A stretch of 64,000 nucleotides of DNA from Mnemiopsis leidyi (taxonomy: Eukaryota), in the NCBI GenBank assembly GCA_048537945.1, contig CM108484.1:19073034-19137033 (forward strand). Reading direction: 5' to 3'. The position numbers and the translations under genes were made by a program. Numbering within the stretch: position 1 is the first letter of the stretch; each line of letters starts with the position of its first letter. The notes below the pieces were generated by a model. The model ran no database searches and was not told the DNA's origin. It saw nothing but the letters and a program-made list of their open reading frames with translations. This document shows positions 11,340 to 25,200 of the stretch, piece by piece.

Positions 11340-11950
11340 CTAAAAAATTCTGATATAGGATCAGCACCAACTTCTTGATGGTTAATCAGGTACATATTTT
11401 GACCGTTAGTTGACTTGATTCTTATCTTAGATCTAGAACCAAATATCCAACTCTTGCAGCTGTTTTATTGGTCTCCTAACTTAACACATAAGCCACACGG
11501 CCATACATTGTAGTAGATAAGTAGATATAGAGTATGGTATTTTGAGGAAGGGTCTCGAATTTCAACCAATCAGAAGCGAGAAAGCAGTGTTTTCTCTCTT
11601 CTAATTGGTTAAAATTTGAGACCCTTCCCGAAAATACCGTACTTTATTGCGTTGACATACAAAATTTTGTTCTTTTATTGCCTACTATTTCAGCTCGATA
11701 AAACATTAGCCGAGTAACAGAACGCAAATTCTCCTCAATCTGCAGCTGAATGATGAATCAACTGTCCGCTTTGTTAGTTTAAGAGAAGAAAGGATCAGTA
11801 CTTCTTGATGGTTAATCAGGTACACATTTTGACCGTAATTGGTTGACTTGATTCTTATCTTTATAAATCTGTAGGTTTAGACCTAGAACCAAATATCCAG
11901 CCCATGCAACTGTTTTATTGGTCACCTGGCTTATCACCATGGTAACAGCA
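11340..11950. repeat. ~140-bp direct repeat pair (11345-11480 and 11800-11940) flanking a ~110-bp hairpin (11523-11637)
   Basis: CTTCTTGATGGTTAATCAGGTACA...TTTTATTGGTC occurs twice. GTATTTTGAGGAAGGGTCTCGAATTTCAACCAAT and its reverse complement form the hairpin. Confidence 0.5.
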
Positions 11951-14889
11951 ACCAGACAATTATCACTTTTTATCATTATACGAAAGTAGAATAGGTAGTC
12001 AGGGGAATTGTTAAAGATCACACCATCACGAGTGTACACAAATTACATTACTCGACAGGTGAACACTTGACACGCGCATTACAATGATGATGGTTAATTT
12101 AGCGGGATATGCCGATACTATAAATAGCATGGCAAGTGTAATCTTGGGAATCGGGCAAGGAATAATGTAATATAGGATTGGTCATTTTGTAAATAAGCTT
12201 GAAAATTTCTGTCTACTAAACGAAATAAAAACATGAGGAAATGATTGTGATTTCTGGGCTTCTATGCGTTAGATAACCTACTTTTGATTACTTGATATTG
12301 ACTAACAAGGCCTAATAATGACAGGAAGATAGTACTGGTCGCTATTTCAGCTTGATGATAGCGAATTATTTGCGCTAATTTAGCAGCGTAAAATGCGATT
12401 ACAAAAGTTATTGCACGAGGCAAGGCCGAGTTGTATAAATACAATTATCGCTCGAAGCGAGACCCAATGTGATCATTTACAGTACCTGACTAACTATGCA
12501 AGGCAAAGCCGAGTGCAAAAACTTTTGTAATCGCTTAGTATGTTGTTGAATTACTGTATTATGCCACGTATCCCCCATGCAGTATCATAAGCTAACATAA
12601 CATCTTATCGTGAGCTTACAAACATTACTGTTCGAGGCGAGGGCTAAATGCAATAATCGCTCGAAGCGAAAAATGCCAACAAAAAAAAGAGCTCGAAGTG
12701 GCATGATAATTTTTCCCAGATTCGAACATCGGCTCAGAGATGGAATACACCATTGTTCAACTTGTAGCTAAAGAGATCACTACTGCTGCCATGTTTTTTA
12801 GAAAGAAACGAAAGCGACAGTTACCGGCAATGAACAAGGTACAAACAGCTGTTGTGTAGAAACTTACAGACAAATATATCAGATTTAAGTTACAAATTAA
12901 TAAACTAAAAACTTACTTAAATGGGTCACGTGACCAACCTACTTGCATTATAACTTGGTAGTAACCGGACAGTAGTAAATAACTAAAGTCTCGTCCCATT
13001 TCTATTGATAATATTAATACAAGTGTACATTTTTACATCTCAATTACATAACACGTACGCTGAACAGACGCAGCATATAACTCATGATCTTGCTTCTCAG
13101 TCGAATAGGCTATAAACTTGAGGAATATTGGTCAAGATCCATGTTTTTTGGTTTCTGCAATATAATTTTTTGGCTTCCTCGAAAAATGTACGATATCAGC
13201 GTCTCCTCGTCTTTTCCGTTGAAATTTGGAAAACTGACTCATCAGACCAAATCTTCAAAGCGGCCCTGAAAAGGATGACTGCAGCCCTTCGGCTTGAACT
13301 AAAATATGTAACTTGTGTGGGTCATGGTCCCTTTGATAATACGCCTCGCAGTTATAGTTATGATCTGGACCGGCCCAGAACCAGCAAAAACTTTCATTTT
13401 GATGTAAGAATTTTGGTGCCTGACTCACGTCACTTGCAAAAATTATTTTGATCAACAAAACCATGATTTCGCTTTTTAGAAAGGTTGTTCCCTAGCCAAA
13501 ATCGACCGTACTTTCATGTGGTACTGTCGAAATTGGCATATCATCAACCACAAAAAGATAAAAGGCAAATGTCATTGTTTTATGGGACATACTTTATGGG
13601 ACATACTTTATGGGACAAACTTATATCAAGCTGCAAATATTTGACAGATTTGATTGTAAGTGAAGATCAGTTTCTAGCTCAAAATCGACAAAAAATAGCG
13701 TGCTAGCCTTGGTTTTTTCAATTAAATTATTACTGTTTATTAGGAAGCAGATAAAAATCTTTTTGAGGCGCACCGAGTTGTAATTATTGACAACTCTTTA
13801 AGCTGGATATACTCGTTCATGTTCATGTTAAATCCCGGAAGGTTTTAACCCCTAACCGGGTCCCTCGTAGAGTTAGCACGTGACAGCATCACGTGTGGGC
13901 TCCTATATCATTTTAAGAGACCCGCCCATTAGCTCCCTCCTTAGGGGTGCCGCCAAGGATATACATGACTGGTCTTTTTAAGTGTCGGGCCGCCTGAGCT
14001 GGCTATGCCTATGAGCACTCCACAGCGACCACGGGTCTGCCATCGTAATCAGTGCTAAGATTGCAACTGAAATTAAGACATTATCGACCCGAGAACAATG
14101 GTCAGACAGTGCAATTAGCCAACTGACCATTCTCCTGAGAATCCTTCGATGCTGGTAGCTGAGATGTCGAAGGACTCTCAAAAGCCCATCTCAGCCGTGC
14201 TATTGTAGGAGGGAGTCTCGCATGTGGTGTTTAACTATAATATTCATTGTCTTATGTTTTGACATCAGTTTAAGAATATTGGAGGCACTAGGGGTATTCT
14301 GAATGTTGTCTAGGCATTAGTTAGTACTGAATTTTCAGACAGGGCTACGGATATACTCTAGAGTGTGGTTTTCAAAACTTATCTGTCTTTTTCGGTGCCT
14401 CATTGAAAGATTCTTTTTTGGCGCCAATTTTCACTAAGTTCAATAAGTTTTGATAATTCTCCTCTCGACTTAAGAAACAGGCATGGAATTAACCGAATTT
14501 TATCGATACATTTCTGCTTTAAGTATAATAGTTGTGTTTAATGGTGCCCAATCATTCAATTTAGGTTTAACATTTTCAGGACCCAAGACCCAGATGTTGA
14601 TCCAGTGATGTAGCGAATAACGTTTAACGACACGAATTACAATCCCGACGTGATGATGGATCAAACCACGCTGATTGTACGACACGCGCTGCAGACTAAT
14701 ACAATCTTTATGTGATAACGACTTCATCGTTGATGTTTCGTATTGTACTGCGCGCGCATGAATCAGTTAAATAATTATGGCGCTACGTTTATTAATCTAG
14801 CTTAGATCTTCTGTACATCATAGTAAGTTAACGGTCTTATTTTGTACAATAAATTAATTTTGTAATCTTCATGGCTTCGTTGAATCTCT

Positions 14890-16445
14890 CATGCCCTTCG
14901 AGGAATTCAATTAGCAAATCAGCTACTTGACTCAGATTCGAACTTGGAACCTACAGCACACGAAACCGGTGCCGTAACCCCTCAACTAAAATAGTGCCGC
15001 ATTTTTCGGAGTGCCGCATTTTTTTACGGCACTCCAGAAAAACGCGGCACTCTGGCTTACAGTGCCGCATGGCATTTCTACGGCATATGACGCTTAGCTT
15101 AGGGGTTAGTCAGTGTTATGGTGCAACCTGTGTGCTTAGCACATATGACTGATGACGTTAGAGGCAATTCAACCTAAAAAACATAAATTTTACCGTAAAA
15201 TTAAAATCGATCTCAATCATGACACTTGAGCTGAATCGATCGCCTATAATTTTTCAAAATCTTTAGACAAAGTCTAAATTTTTTATAGGTAGGTATAAAT
15301 ATTTAATCGGATTGACGTATTTTTCGTACTGATTCCTGATCGCCCCAGCCTAACGTCGCGGCCCGTTTTCAAGTCGAATAAAGTTCTTATGAAAATAGGT
15401 CGGCAGGGCTTCCGCTACGCGGCAGCAGGCCTGGCCTGACAACGTCAGGCAAAATAGTATTAGTCCCATATGACAGAGGGTAAAAAGGCTTTCTGCCAAA
15501 CCCAATGCACAATGGGTCACGTGACCAACCTTGACGAGATGATACCGTTCTGCGTGAGTCGGGTATCTGTTGTCGCGGTGATACCCGACTCACGCAGCTA
15601 AAGCTGAACGTTTCGCTAGAACGTTAGACGGATATCATCTCGTCAAGGTATCTGCGTGAGTCGGGTATCACCGCGACAAGACCAACCTTTCATGATCATC
15701 TTACCAATTCTATATCAAATATCGTTTTTAAATTTACTATTTTATCTCTATGCTTTAATTCAACAATTATTCGAATTTTATTTCTTCGGTTACAAAATAA
15801 TGTCCGTAGTAATAGTATTAGTTGACGGGATGATAGCCGTCTAACTCTAACGTTCTGACTAAATTAAACCAGAACACAGAAACGTCAGAGAGTAGCAAAG
15901 CTACGAGTCGGGTAACACCTCAACAAAGCTAAAGTTTTGGTAATGCATTATGATATAATATAATGCAATTGCCACCCGAGAGTAAGATGGAGAGACTAGT
16001 CGGAGAGTGTCACGTTTTGGTGCCGTTGTAGGTTGATAACCTACTGTCGGGGCGCGGCCATCACGCGCTCCCACGCCTGGTGACAGAAAATGAAATTTTA
16101 GTCGCGCATCCAGCATCGCCCGTTAAAATTATGACTTAATGGTGCCGCAATTTTCATCTTACTAGAGCTAGAGTGCCGCGACTGTGACATGTGAGTGCCG
16201 CATGTGAGTGCCGCAAGTGCCGTAGTGCCGTAATTTTTATTTTAGAGTGCCGCATGTGAGTGCCGCAAGTGCCGCATGATAGTGCCGCAAGTGCCGCATT
16301 ATAGTGCCGCAAGTGCCGCAGTGCCGTAATAACGTAATAAGGTGGGCTCGGCTGCTACCTCTAGTGGCGCGCGCGACGCGCACAAAAGGGCCCTGGTTAG
16401 AGCAAAGTATACAAAATTCAAATACTATATTATTAATGCTTATTA
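14890..16445. repeat. Composite repeat cluster 2: tRNA-like fragment (14890-14990), AGTGCCGCA tandem blocks (14990-15060, 16180-16330), a 120-bp palindromic mini-foldback (15535-15650) flanked by 8-bp GACCAACC duplications, and a TTGTAGGTTGATAACC module (16025-16080)
   Basis: The modules are shared with cluster 1. CTTGACGAGATGATA...TATCATCTCGTCAAG termini enclose the CTGCGTGAGTCGGGTATC palindrome. GACCAACC is found at 15527-15534 and 15683-15690. Confidence 0.5.
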
Positions 16446-16567
16446 ATAAATAAAAAATAAATAACAAATAATGATGCCAGCATCATCACACCTTATCTCT
16501 CAAACTATCTTAAAAGCTTTAAAATTCAAAATAAAAATCTCAAATACCAAAAGTTTAATCCTAATTT

Positions 16568-16634
16568 GTACAGCAGCGCGCACCCTCCCGTCATTTTATT
16601 CTCCGGGACAAAGTCAGACCGGACAAAGTCAGAC
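16568..16634. mobile_element. 67-bp mini-element (TGTACAGCAGCGCGCACCCTCCCGTCATTTTATTCTCC...GGACAAAGTCAGACA) with 10-bp TSD AATCCTAATT (16558-16567 and 16635-16644)
   Basis: The LINE copy at 6609-6700 has the uninterrupted 3'UTR, so the empty site is visible (TTAGGATTT|TGAATTT). A perfect 10-bp duplication flanks the insert. Confidence 0.6.
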
Positions 16635-16639
16635 AAATC

Positions 16640-18379
16640 CTAATTAATGTTAATAAACTTTTTTCTAGCTACAAAAGGGTTCTCCCTGAGAAATTCATTA
16701 TGTCTCATTTTATTCTCAAAATAACTCCCACTTTCAATACGATTCAAGACCTCATCAGAAATATCCCAAAAGTTCCCACTACTGTAGAGTCCTAAGGATT
16801 TAGTTTTGCTCTTAAAAATTTCCAGATTAGATTTAAAAATATTTAGATTTAATGCAGTCTTCACCTCTATGGGTAGCTTATTCCAAAACAACATTACCCT
16901 ATCATTTAAGAATTTTCTTCGAAAACGATTAATCTTGGAAGCTTTACTCTTCCCTGGCTTACATATCAAATTTACTCCAGACCTACTAAAATTAAAGACT
17001 CCAGCTAACTGGGATAAGCCCTGGCTAGCTTTATAAACTTCAATCAGGTCACCTCTCGAACGTCTCTCAGCGAGAGTAGTCAGCTCTAGTATCTGCAGTC
17101 GCTCAGAGTAAGGAAGAAGGCCTACCCCTTCAATCATCCGCGTAAAGCGTCTCTGGACGCTCTCAATCCTCATTATTAAAGACCAATTTCCATGCTCTGC
17201 TGCAGGATTCCAAAGCTGAACACAATATTCGAGATGTGGCCTGATCAAGGTCTTGTACACCCTAAGCATTATCGATTTCTCTCTACTTATAAGGTTTCTA
17301 GATATCCAGCACAACATTTGATTGGCTTTACTAATACACGATTCAATCTGATCATTCCAAAGCAAGGTGCCAGAGGTAAGGACACCCAGATCTTTTTCTT
17401 GAACAGTTTCTTTTAATTTATTACCATGGAGCACATAATCAAAGTGTTTATTATCATTATGTTCTATATGAAGTACTTTACATTTATTAGTATTAAATTC
17501 AAGTAGCCACTTTCTCTCCCAATCTTCCAAAAGTTTTAAGTCATTGTCAACCACTGTTTTATCTGACAGATTTGCTATCAGTTTTAGGTCGTCAGCAAAA
17601 ATCTTTACAACACTCTTTAAACAATCTGGTAGATCATTTATAAATAAAATAAATAGTAAAGGTCCCAAAACTGAACCCTGTGGTATTCCTGATAAAATAT
17701 CTTTAAATGAAGAAAATTTACCCTGCAAAGAAACCCTAAAAGTTCTACCAATTAAGAAATCTTTGATAACATCTGTAGCTTTCCCATTAATTCCTAAGCA
17801 TTCAAGCTTTAACAACAATCTTCTATGTGGCACTCTATCAAAGGCTTTCTTAAAATCAAAAAATAGTATGTCAACTGGAATGCCCTGCTCTAAGAGGTCC
17901 ATTACACAGTCCATAGTTTCTAACAGATTGCTTAGACAAGACTTGCCTTTAACAAACCCATGTTGATGAGGGTTGATCTTGTCCTCAACAAATACCAGAA
18001 TTTCATCTCTAAGAATCTTTTCATAAACTTTACACAGAATACAAGTTAATGACACAGGTCTATAATTTAAAGGGTCAGTTTTAGACCCACTCTTAAATAG
18101 TGCAGTGAGATTAGCAGATTTCCATATTTTAGGTAATTCACCACTATCTGTGCATTTTCTAAATAATTTAACAACAGCTTCAACAAATGAAGAATCGTCA
18201 GCTAATGACTTTAAAAGTTTAGGGTGAATACCATCAGGACCAAAGCTTTTAAAACAATTTAAGCTCTCTAGTTGATGTTTTACTATGTCGAAAGTAATAT
18301 TTATGTCAGACAAAATATCAGGTTCAATGTCAGGTCTCTCAACACTTGGTAGGTTTTCTAAGCATATAAGCATATACAA
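16640..18379 (-). CDS. LINE ORF2 fragment (reverse transcriptase)
   Basis: NYRPVSL, FFDFKKAFDRVPH, GIPQGSVLGPLLF, FADD and the CR1 C-terminal tail. Confidence 0.7.
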   Translation of the reverse strand: MYMLICLENLPSVERPDIEPDILSDINITFDIVKHQLESLNCFKSFGPDGIHPKLLKSLADDSSFVEAVVKLFRKCTDSGELPKIWKSANLTALFKSGSKTDPLNYRPVSLTCILCKVYEKILRDEILVFVEDKINPHQHGFVKGKSCLSNLLETMDCVMDLLEQGIPVDILFFDFKKAFDRVPHRRLLLKLECLGINGKATDVIKDFLIGRTFRVSLQGKFSSFKDILSGIPQGSVLGPLLFILFINDLPDCLKSVVKIFADDLKLIANLSDKTVVDNDLKLLEDWERKWLLEFNTNKCKVLHIEHNDNKHFDYVLHGNKLKETVQEKDLGVLTSGTLLWNDQIESCISKANQMLCWISRNLISREKSIMLRVYKTLIRPHLEYCVQLWNPAAEHGNWSLIMRIESVQRRFTRMIEGVGLLPYSERLQILELTTLAERRSRGDLIEVYKASQGLSQLAGVFNFSRSGVNLICKPGKSKASKINRFRRKFLNDRVMLFWNKLPIEVKTALNLNIFKSNLEIFKSKTKSLGLYSSGNFWDISDEVLNRIESGSYFENKMRHNEFLRENPFVARKKFININ

Positions 18380-21300
18380 ATTTTTAAGTTAATATTTGTT
18401 CTTTTAAAATCATTCGTATTTCATGAAGAATTCCAATTCGCGGCAGGGCTAGGAAACATTTAGCAAGAGAAATTAAGATCAAAATATCAACATTAATTCT
18501 TTTTCAATATCAATTAATACCCTGTCTTTTAGTAGCCATACTTAGGTTAAATCGTTTCTAAAATGAACCTGCTTCTAATTTTATTTTTCAGACAGTCTTT
18601 TTCTTTGATCTTACTTTAAACTACATCTAAAACTTTCAGGTGTCTGTTTCACTACAGCCACATTTAAACCCTTCTTATTTTACCTTGAAATCGTTAACAG
18701 ACTCTGACATCTGAAAATTTTGCATATTTCGGTAGCTTATTTCAAAACGATATGACACGCTTGACGCTCAGGTGTCTGTCTGCTATCTTGCATATATATC
18801 TATTTTGTAATTTGTTCTTAGATGACATACTGATAATCTTATTTCCTGATCTACTCATGCAAAATAAATATTTCCCGTATTCCACTATACCATTGACAAT
18901 TTAAAAGACTTCTGTTAAGTGTTAAGTGGGTTTTTTCACATAGTTAGATGTAGAGCCTTTATCCTATCACTACATGGAAGTGTGACTATGCCTTCATGTA
19001 GGCAAGTAAACCTTTGTTGTACAAATTTATAAACATTTTACATATCATTCTTATTCTTGTTTCAATACATCCTGTAATCAATTCAATTAAACAAATTATT
19101 CAATTAAACAAATTATTCAATTTTATGCCAATTTATACATTCAAATGAAATATTTCATAAAAACAAGATTCCAATATATCTATTTGCATGGTTAATACTC
19201 TTAGATTAGGGTCGATATAGGCTGACGGGGCAACGGGATGGGCGTGCTGTTCGCTTTTGCCCATACCACAATCATATTATTAGTTTTGCTCATACAGCTC
19301 TGAATATTCTGTTTCCAAGTAAAATCTGGTGTGGAAAGGACTACAGGATCCCTCTCAACATCATTAGATTTGTATTTTTACACCAAACCAGTATGCAAAC
19401 CAGTATGGCAGTTCTCAATCCAATATGCGGACCAGTCCCGACTAGATATGACACGATGACAAGTAGGTCACAGATGGCAGATGCAAATTGCTGAATAAAA
19501 GTATCGGTTATGTTTAAGATGTGGTATATTACGGACACAATTCTTTAAGTGCTGCTATCCTGCAGACGCTGCCCACTAGTAACACCTCCGGCAGCAGCGT
19601 TCTAGAAGCTCCTCCAAGCTGGTGGAGGAATGTCGGACTTGCATCACGGACAAAGACTGCCCTTACTTTGCTGCAGCTGAACAGAAGAGAGCAGTTAAGG
19701 AAATCCTCCCTTTTTCTACCTGATTCTGTGTTCTATTAAATTATGTGTTATGTTTCTCTATTTCGTTATTGCATGAAATTGGTATATTCTTAAGTGTTAT
19801 ACAAGTCTGTTGCGTGACTTACTAATTTACAACACCTCCAACTTAATGGTTTTGTCACAACTTGCTCAGGCTGGTTTCAGGAACTGCTGAACCACATCTT
19901 AAACGTAACAGGTACTTTCATTCAGCAAATTAGAATTCCCTGTCAAATGTCAATCCTGGTTCCCACTGATCGTTTTGATATGACTTCCTTCTCCAAATTC
20001 ATTGCAGACGCAGAGGACCTCAATAGCTACTCAATTCTGATGAACACATCTACACACTGAAAAAAAACCTAAAGATACTCCTATTCATCTCTGAAGTCCT
20101 TGCTGAAGGTTTTCACTGAGGATTTAAATCCAGAGTGAACCGTCCAAAGCCAACCCTACAGGAGTATTTTCGTGCTATCCGTGAGCAGCAGGTAGTCAAC
20201 GACTACCACATTGATATACTCAGAGTTAGAAAGACTCCTTAGAAAAGAAAGACTTCCAATGAAGTGCTCTTCAATGTCTGTTCTGAATTTATGTATATAT
20301 TTTTGATAACATTTATCACATTATAACAAACATTCTGAATACTTTGTCTAAATGAAATAAGCCAATAGCCATTCTCCAATATAATCGAGAAGTTTTGAAC
20401 TTAAAATCTGATTTGAAAAAAGACCCTATTATAATAGAGATACACGTTGCCGGAAGTTCTCAGATCATATCATATCTTGGAGGTTCTTATATGTCTTCAG
20501 CACTCTTTTGGTCCGAACTGTGCTATCCTTAATTGCTCTAGGGACCAAAATTTCATCAAACTGTGTATTGAGATAGTTAAAACAGAAGATCTCAACCTCC
20601 GGCTAAAGATTAATCTTCCAAGATTGTTAACTTGAATTGGATATGGTTGAAATATTTTAAAACTGTAGATTTCTGATAGGACAAAATTATTGTTGTCACT
20701 TTGGATTTCAAATATTATACTTTGTGCTCCTATTTAACTTGTGAGATATTGATCTGTTGGACAAGACTTTGATTGTTAAGTAGCAGACTTATATTTTTAT
20801 GCACCACTTAATACACTAACAAACGTTAATGACTTATACATTGTTAAATAAGAGTTTTATTAGAGCTTAAAGATAGTTCAATGAAATCTATGCATTTTTG
20901 GGTACAATGTGATAGGTTGCTTTCAGTCTGTTGTCTTTCATCATTGACTTCTTTGTGCCTACATAAAATGTCTCCCGTTGGCATACAAGTTTCTTTACGA
21001 AATCTTTTTAGACTGGAGAAAGTCAATTAATGGAGCTATTTTATTTCATATGTTTAGTCTTAAGGTTACCAATCGAAAGGACCACAAGCTTTTTAAATTA
21101 GTATCTTTTACCATGTGTTTTCAAATCATAACCATCGTTTTTTAATGCTTGATTTTTGTTATTTAGAGTTTATGAATTAAGAGGTCCTTTCTAGTTTATT
21201 TGTTAATAAAATGCTCATTGTAGCCAGTATTTTATAGATTTTCATCATCATCATATATGTCTTTCAATTCTTATGAAATCATATTGTAACTTTTTAGACT

Positions 21301-22139
21301 GTTTTCATGCTGTCCCTATACAAGTTATGATAAAGTTCCCTGAGACAAATTCACTGTTATCACTTTTTTTCCTCGTGAGAGATTATTACATATATCGTCC
21401 CATAGGGCATTATAACATTATCAATACTTTCAAGGAAATCGGATAAACAAGATTTACTTTCAACAAAACCAAGAGCTGGTTAGGATCAATCTTATGGGAT
21501 ATGTGTATCAACATGTGCTTTCTAACCAACTTTTGAACATGTAATTTACTAACAATGGAAGTAAGTGAAACAGGTCTATCATTTAAAGTCTACCATTTCT
21601 TATAACTTGGTAAAATATCTGCTGTCTTTCACTGTCTTGGCAGTTTGCCACTCACAGGCTTGAAATAATTCAGTTACTGAGTCGATGAAATCTTTGTTAG
21701 TAGCTAGTCCTTTCAATAATATAAGATGTATTTAATCTGGCCCTGAGATCTTACCTATGTTGGTTTTTTAAAACTCATCTGAAACATTACAAGAAGTGAC
21801 CAATCATCTGTGACCAAATCTTCGAATAAATCATAACATTCTTTACTTGACACCACTGCAAAAAAGTTGTATGACAGTAGATTCCTACTTTAATTAAAAA
21901 TCGTTCTAACCGAAATTTTCCTATAAAACGAAATTTAAATTCAATATAAGTTGCTATTTTGAAAGTTTTCAATTAAAACTATCACTTTCATCTAGAATTG
22001 GACAGTTAAGAAGTGATGTTTCGGTTAGCAATTGATGTTTTGATCGAGAAATGGGTGGCCACAGAAAAATCACCTCCAACCGAAAAAATACTTCTGACCA
22101 AAATTTCTGAAATCTTCCTACCAGTAATAAAAACTTTCT

Positions 22140-22275
22140 GCACCTATGTTACTTGAAGGATATATATATATAAATATATCCTTCAAGTATATATGGTTCC
22201 TTGACATATAAAATATGTCAAATTTATGTCACTTACGACATATGGTTCCTTGACATAGACTGAGGCAATCATCAG
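22140..22275. repeat. AT-rich hairpin (ACTTGAAGGATATATATATATAAATATATCCTTCAAGT) followed by a duplicated ATATGGTTCCTTGACATA motif
   Basis: The stem and duplicated motif are visible directly in the sequence. Confidence 0.6.
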
Positions 22276-25200
22276 TACCTTTCAATGTTATTCTTTGTCA
22301 ATAAACCATCTGGCTTTTCAAGAGATGATACACTATCTTTAACAACTTTTTATCCTCAAAGATAAGCATAAAAAGGTTTACAGTTGGTTTCAAGTGTCTA
22401 AATGACATATCTTCATTTTCAAACTTCTCCTGTGGATTATGTGCTACATTTTAATGTAGCACTTAAGATGAAGTAACCCAAGGCTGTTTGAGTTTCAAAT
22501 TATTTTTAATGGCAACAATTTCATCATTATAACTAAACGCATCTTATTGAAAAGTTCATTCCACACATTTTCTGTAGACTTTGTCAAAATATCCTTATTA
22601 TGTAACCTATCTATTTCACATTATTTAAAGTATATTTCTTTTTATGTTACTTTGTTCCAAAGCTGTTTTTGTCACACCATGCTCATTTTCTTTCCCATCT
22701 TGTCTGTTTAAGAAAAATTTAGTTCAACATCAAATCCAACATGGTCACTTTTTCCTGAGGGTGAAACAATTCCTACTTAATTGATAAGGTGTTGTTGTTG
22801 TTTTCTTGAGAACAAATTCAGTCATGAAAGTTGTATGTTGGATTTCTTTGTATTGTCTTCTGTAGTTATGATTAATGATAAGACAATTCTTTGAGGAAAC
22901 CCCTATAAATCTTCTAGTATGTTTAGTTGTACAAAACTGTTTAAAAGCTTGCAGTCACAATTTCCTAAATGATGTGTATAAACGTGATATAAACATGATA
23001 AAAGTGCATAATAATTGAATTTCAAATTATTTGTCTTAAAATAACTCCGATACCTATGGTGGTTTGCTAGGATTTCATCCAGATCAAGAGCAAGTCACAA
23101 GTGCTCTTGCTTTACTCTCCTGGAGTTCTGTTAAACTGTTGCCCCTATCTTTGTCTTTGTTCTTCATTTGAGCTGATCACAACTGCTCTCTGGAATTGTG
23201 AGAAAGGTGAAGATAAGGCTGGAATCAGGCTTTGTTTATGAATGGGCTGGAAATTGGAATTAACCTGCCTGAAACCTGCCCATTGCTGATCTAATCTATC
23301 TAATCTATCTTCTTGTTAACAATAATTTGAAGGAAAGAAAATTTGATAAGTTCTATACAAATTTTAAAATATGTCCAAAGAATTGGAACAGATAAAAAGT
23401 ATCTATTGAAAGGACTTTGGCAACTTTTTACTCTGGAGAGTTTCTTTTACTTACCTTTTACCTTTTATCAGTAGGTTAAAATCAGCTTTCAATTCATCAA
23501 ATGATGTGGCTGCAGTCCGACAAAGGTTCATACAAAGTTATGAATTATTTCAACTAACAAGCCGAAAAGTATGAACAGTCCTTTAATGAACACAATTTAC
23601 ACTCGTGTCCATTCAAATATCTGCTCCGTACACTTCATGTACCTTGGTTGATCCTTCAGCCCAGCCACAACTACATAACACACCCGTTACAAATCAGTGC
23701 ACACCTCTGGGAGTTTACCTTGCTCGAAATGAGGACAACCACATTCAACAGTCCTTTAAAGTATTTGAATTTGAATTTGAATATCAAATTTGTGACACAA
23801 TACAGTATAATGGTAATAAGTTAATAATTTAAAATATATAAAGTGAAGCAATTAGTAAATGTGCCACAGGATGCCACCTGGAAGAATCCAGTTCTTTTGT
23901 CGGGGCACCCTATCTAAGGCCAAACAAAGGATATAGTAATCATATAAACGAAAGAACAACCAGCAAATGACAAAAACATTCCTTTATTCTAAGTAGTCTG
24001 ATTCATTTCTGTTACTGAAAACACGTTAATTTTTCTTGTCTATTCAGCTCATAAGAATTGAGTTTTTGGTATGCTTTGAAGCGATTCTGAAATTTGCAGA
24101 CAATTGAATTTATTCCCAACATACTACAATCAGCCACAATATTGGCTTACGCCTTACATTACTCATTACTCACTAATTCATCGAAACATACAAAAACGTT
24201 GGTCACTTGGGAACCATGCGACCTGCAAACAGTGAAGATACAACTTAAAATTGCCATTTCCACCTGCTCCGAAGATGCCAGTCAACCCCATCGTCCTAAG
24301 ACTTGTAACATGTTTGTGTACACTTTTTTCCTGTCCAGTTCACTGTTCAGTATGACTTAGTTTGTTTTATGTATCTCTTTTAATTTCACATCAGTATTTC
24401 CAGATGTTTTTCTTTGAGCTGTGTGATTTCTTGAAACACTACTAAATTACAAAAATACAAAGTACTAAGTGCAGATTATGATTTGGTTTTCTTGTCTATT
24501 CAGCTCAACGAAAATATCACTTGCAATTTAAGCCATTAAGCAAGTTAAAGCCTTTCACCTTGGCTACTATTTCTGATGTACATAAGCACTTTGTAATCAG
24601 CAATGATGATTGGATACTAAGTTAGGTTCAGGTGGCACGCTTTCCCTCCTAAACCTATAATCCATATTGCATTTCAGAAATTTAAGATTTACACAGTAAC
24701 AGTGTTTCCAAGTGTCCTGGCCTTAAAATAGTGTTAAAGAATTTACAAGGCTTTTAAACCTTTCAACTATTTCAACATTACAAATAATACAAGTTTATTG
24801 AATCCAGTATGTCAAATCAATTAATTGAAATTAGGATAAGACGGTCCTAAGTCGTTAACATAATGGACATCACAGATTGACTTGATAAATAACTTAATAG
24901 TGAATATACGATAAGACTTAGATCGCATTCTATGTGCCATGGGAAAATCATCATTGCTAAATATCTGATGTATTTGTGTAGTTTCCAATTTTACTAATAA
25001 GTAAATAACTAACAGTATATGACTAATAGTATAAAGAGATTGGCCGGCCTCCTTTACACGTTGTCACATATTTACAAATGCCCAAAATTCCTTCCTGTTA
25101 ACTGCTCAAATGGCAATGTGGCCTATGTTTGGGCTAGATCATGTTATGGTCAAGCCAAGATTTGCAAGATCTACCTCGAGAAAGATTTTCATGTGCCGGT

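Larger units (their letters stand above)
16446..18420 (-). mobile_element. CR1/L2-like LINE, 5'-truncated copy (RT only, no endonuclease). A 67-bp mini-element is inserted in its 3'UTR
   Basis: ORF 16640-18379 starts inside RT domain 0 (FGPDGIHPKLLK). The 3'UTR and tail are co-linear with 6609-6725, except for the insertion at 16568-16634. Confidence 0.7.

Noticed and set aside
13800-14230. Structured-looking segment with several short hairpins (CACGTGACAGCATCACGTG; GCTGAGATG...CATCTCAGC)
   Set aside because: I could not match it to any ncRNA family (5S, U snRNAs, 7SL) by eye. It is single-copy in the window and there is insufficient evidence to call it.
14890-14990. tRNA-like sequence on the minus strand (GGTTCCAAGTTCGAATC)
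   Set aside because: Only the T-arm region is recognisable, and it is fused to repeat-family modules. It is probably a SINE-like or repeat component, not a functional tRNA.
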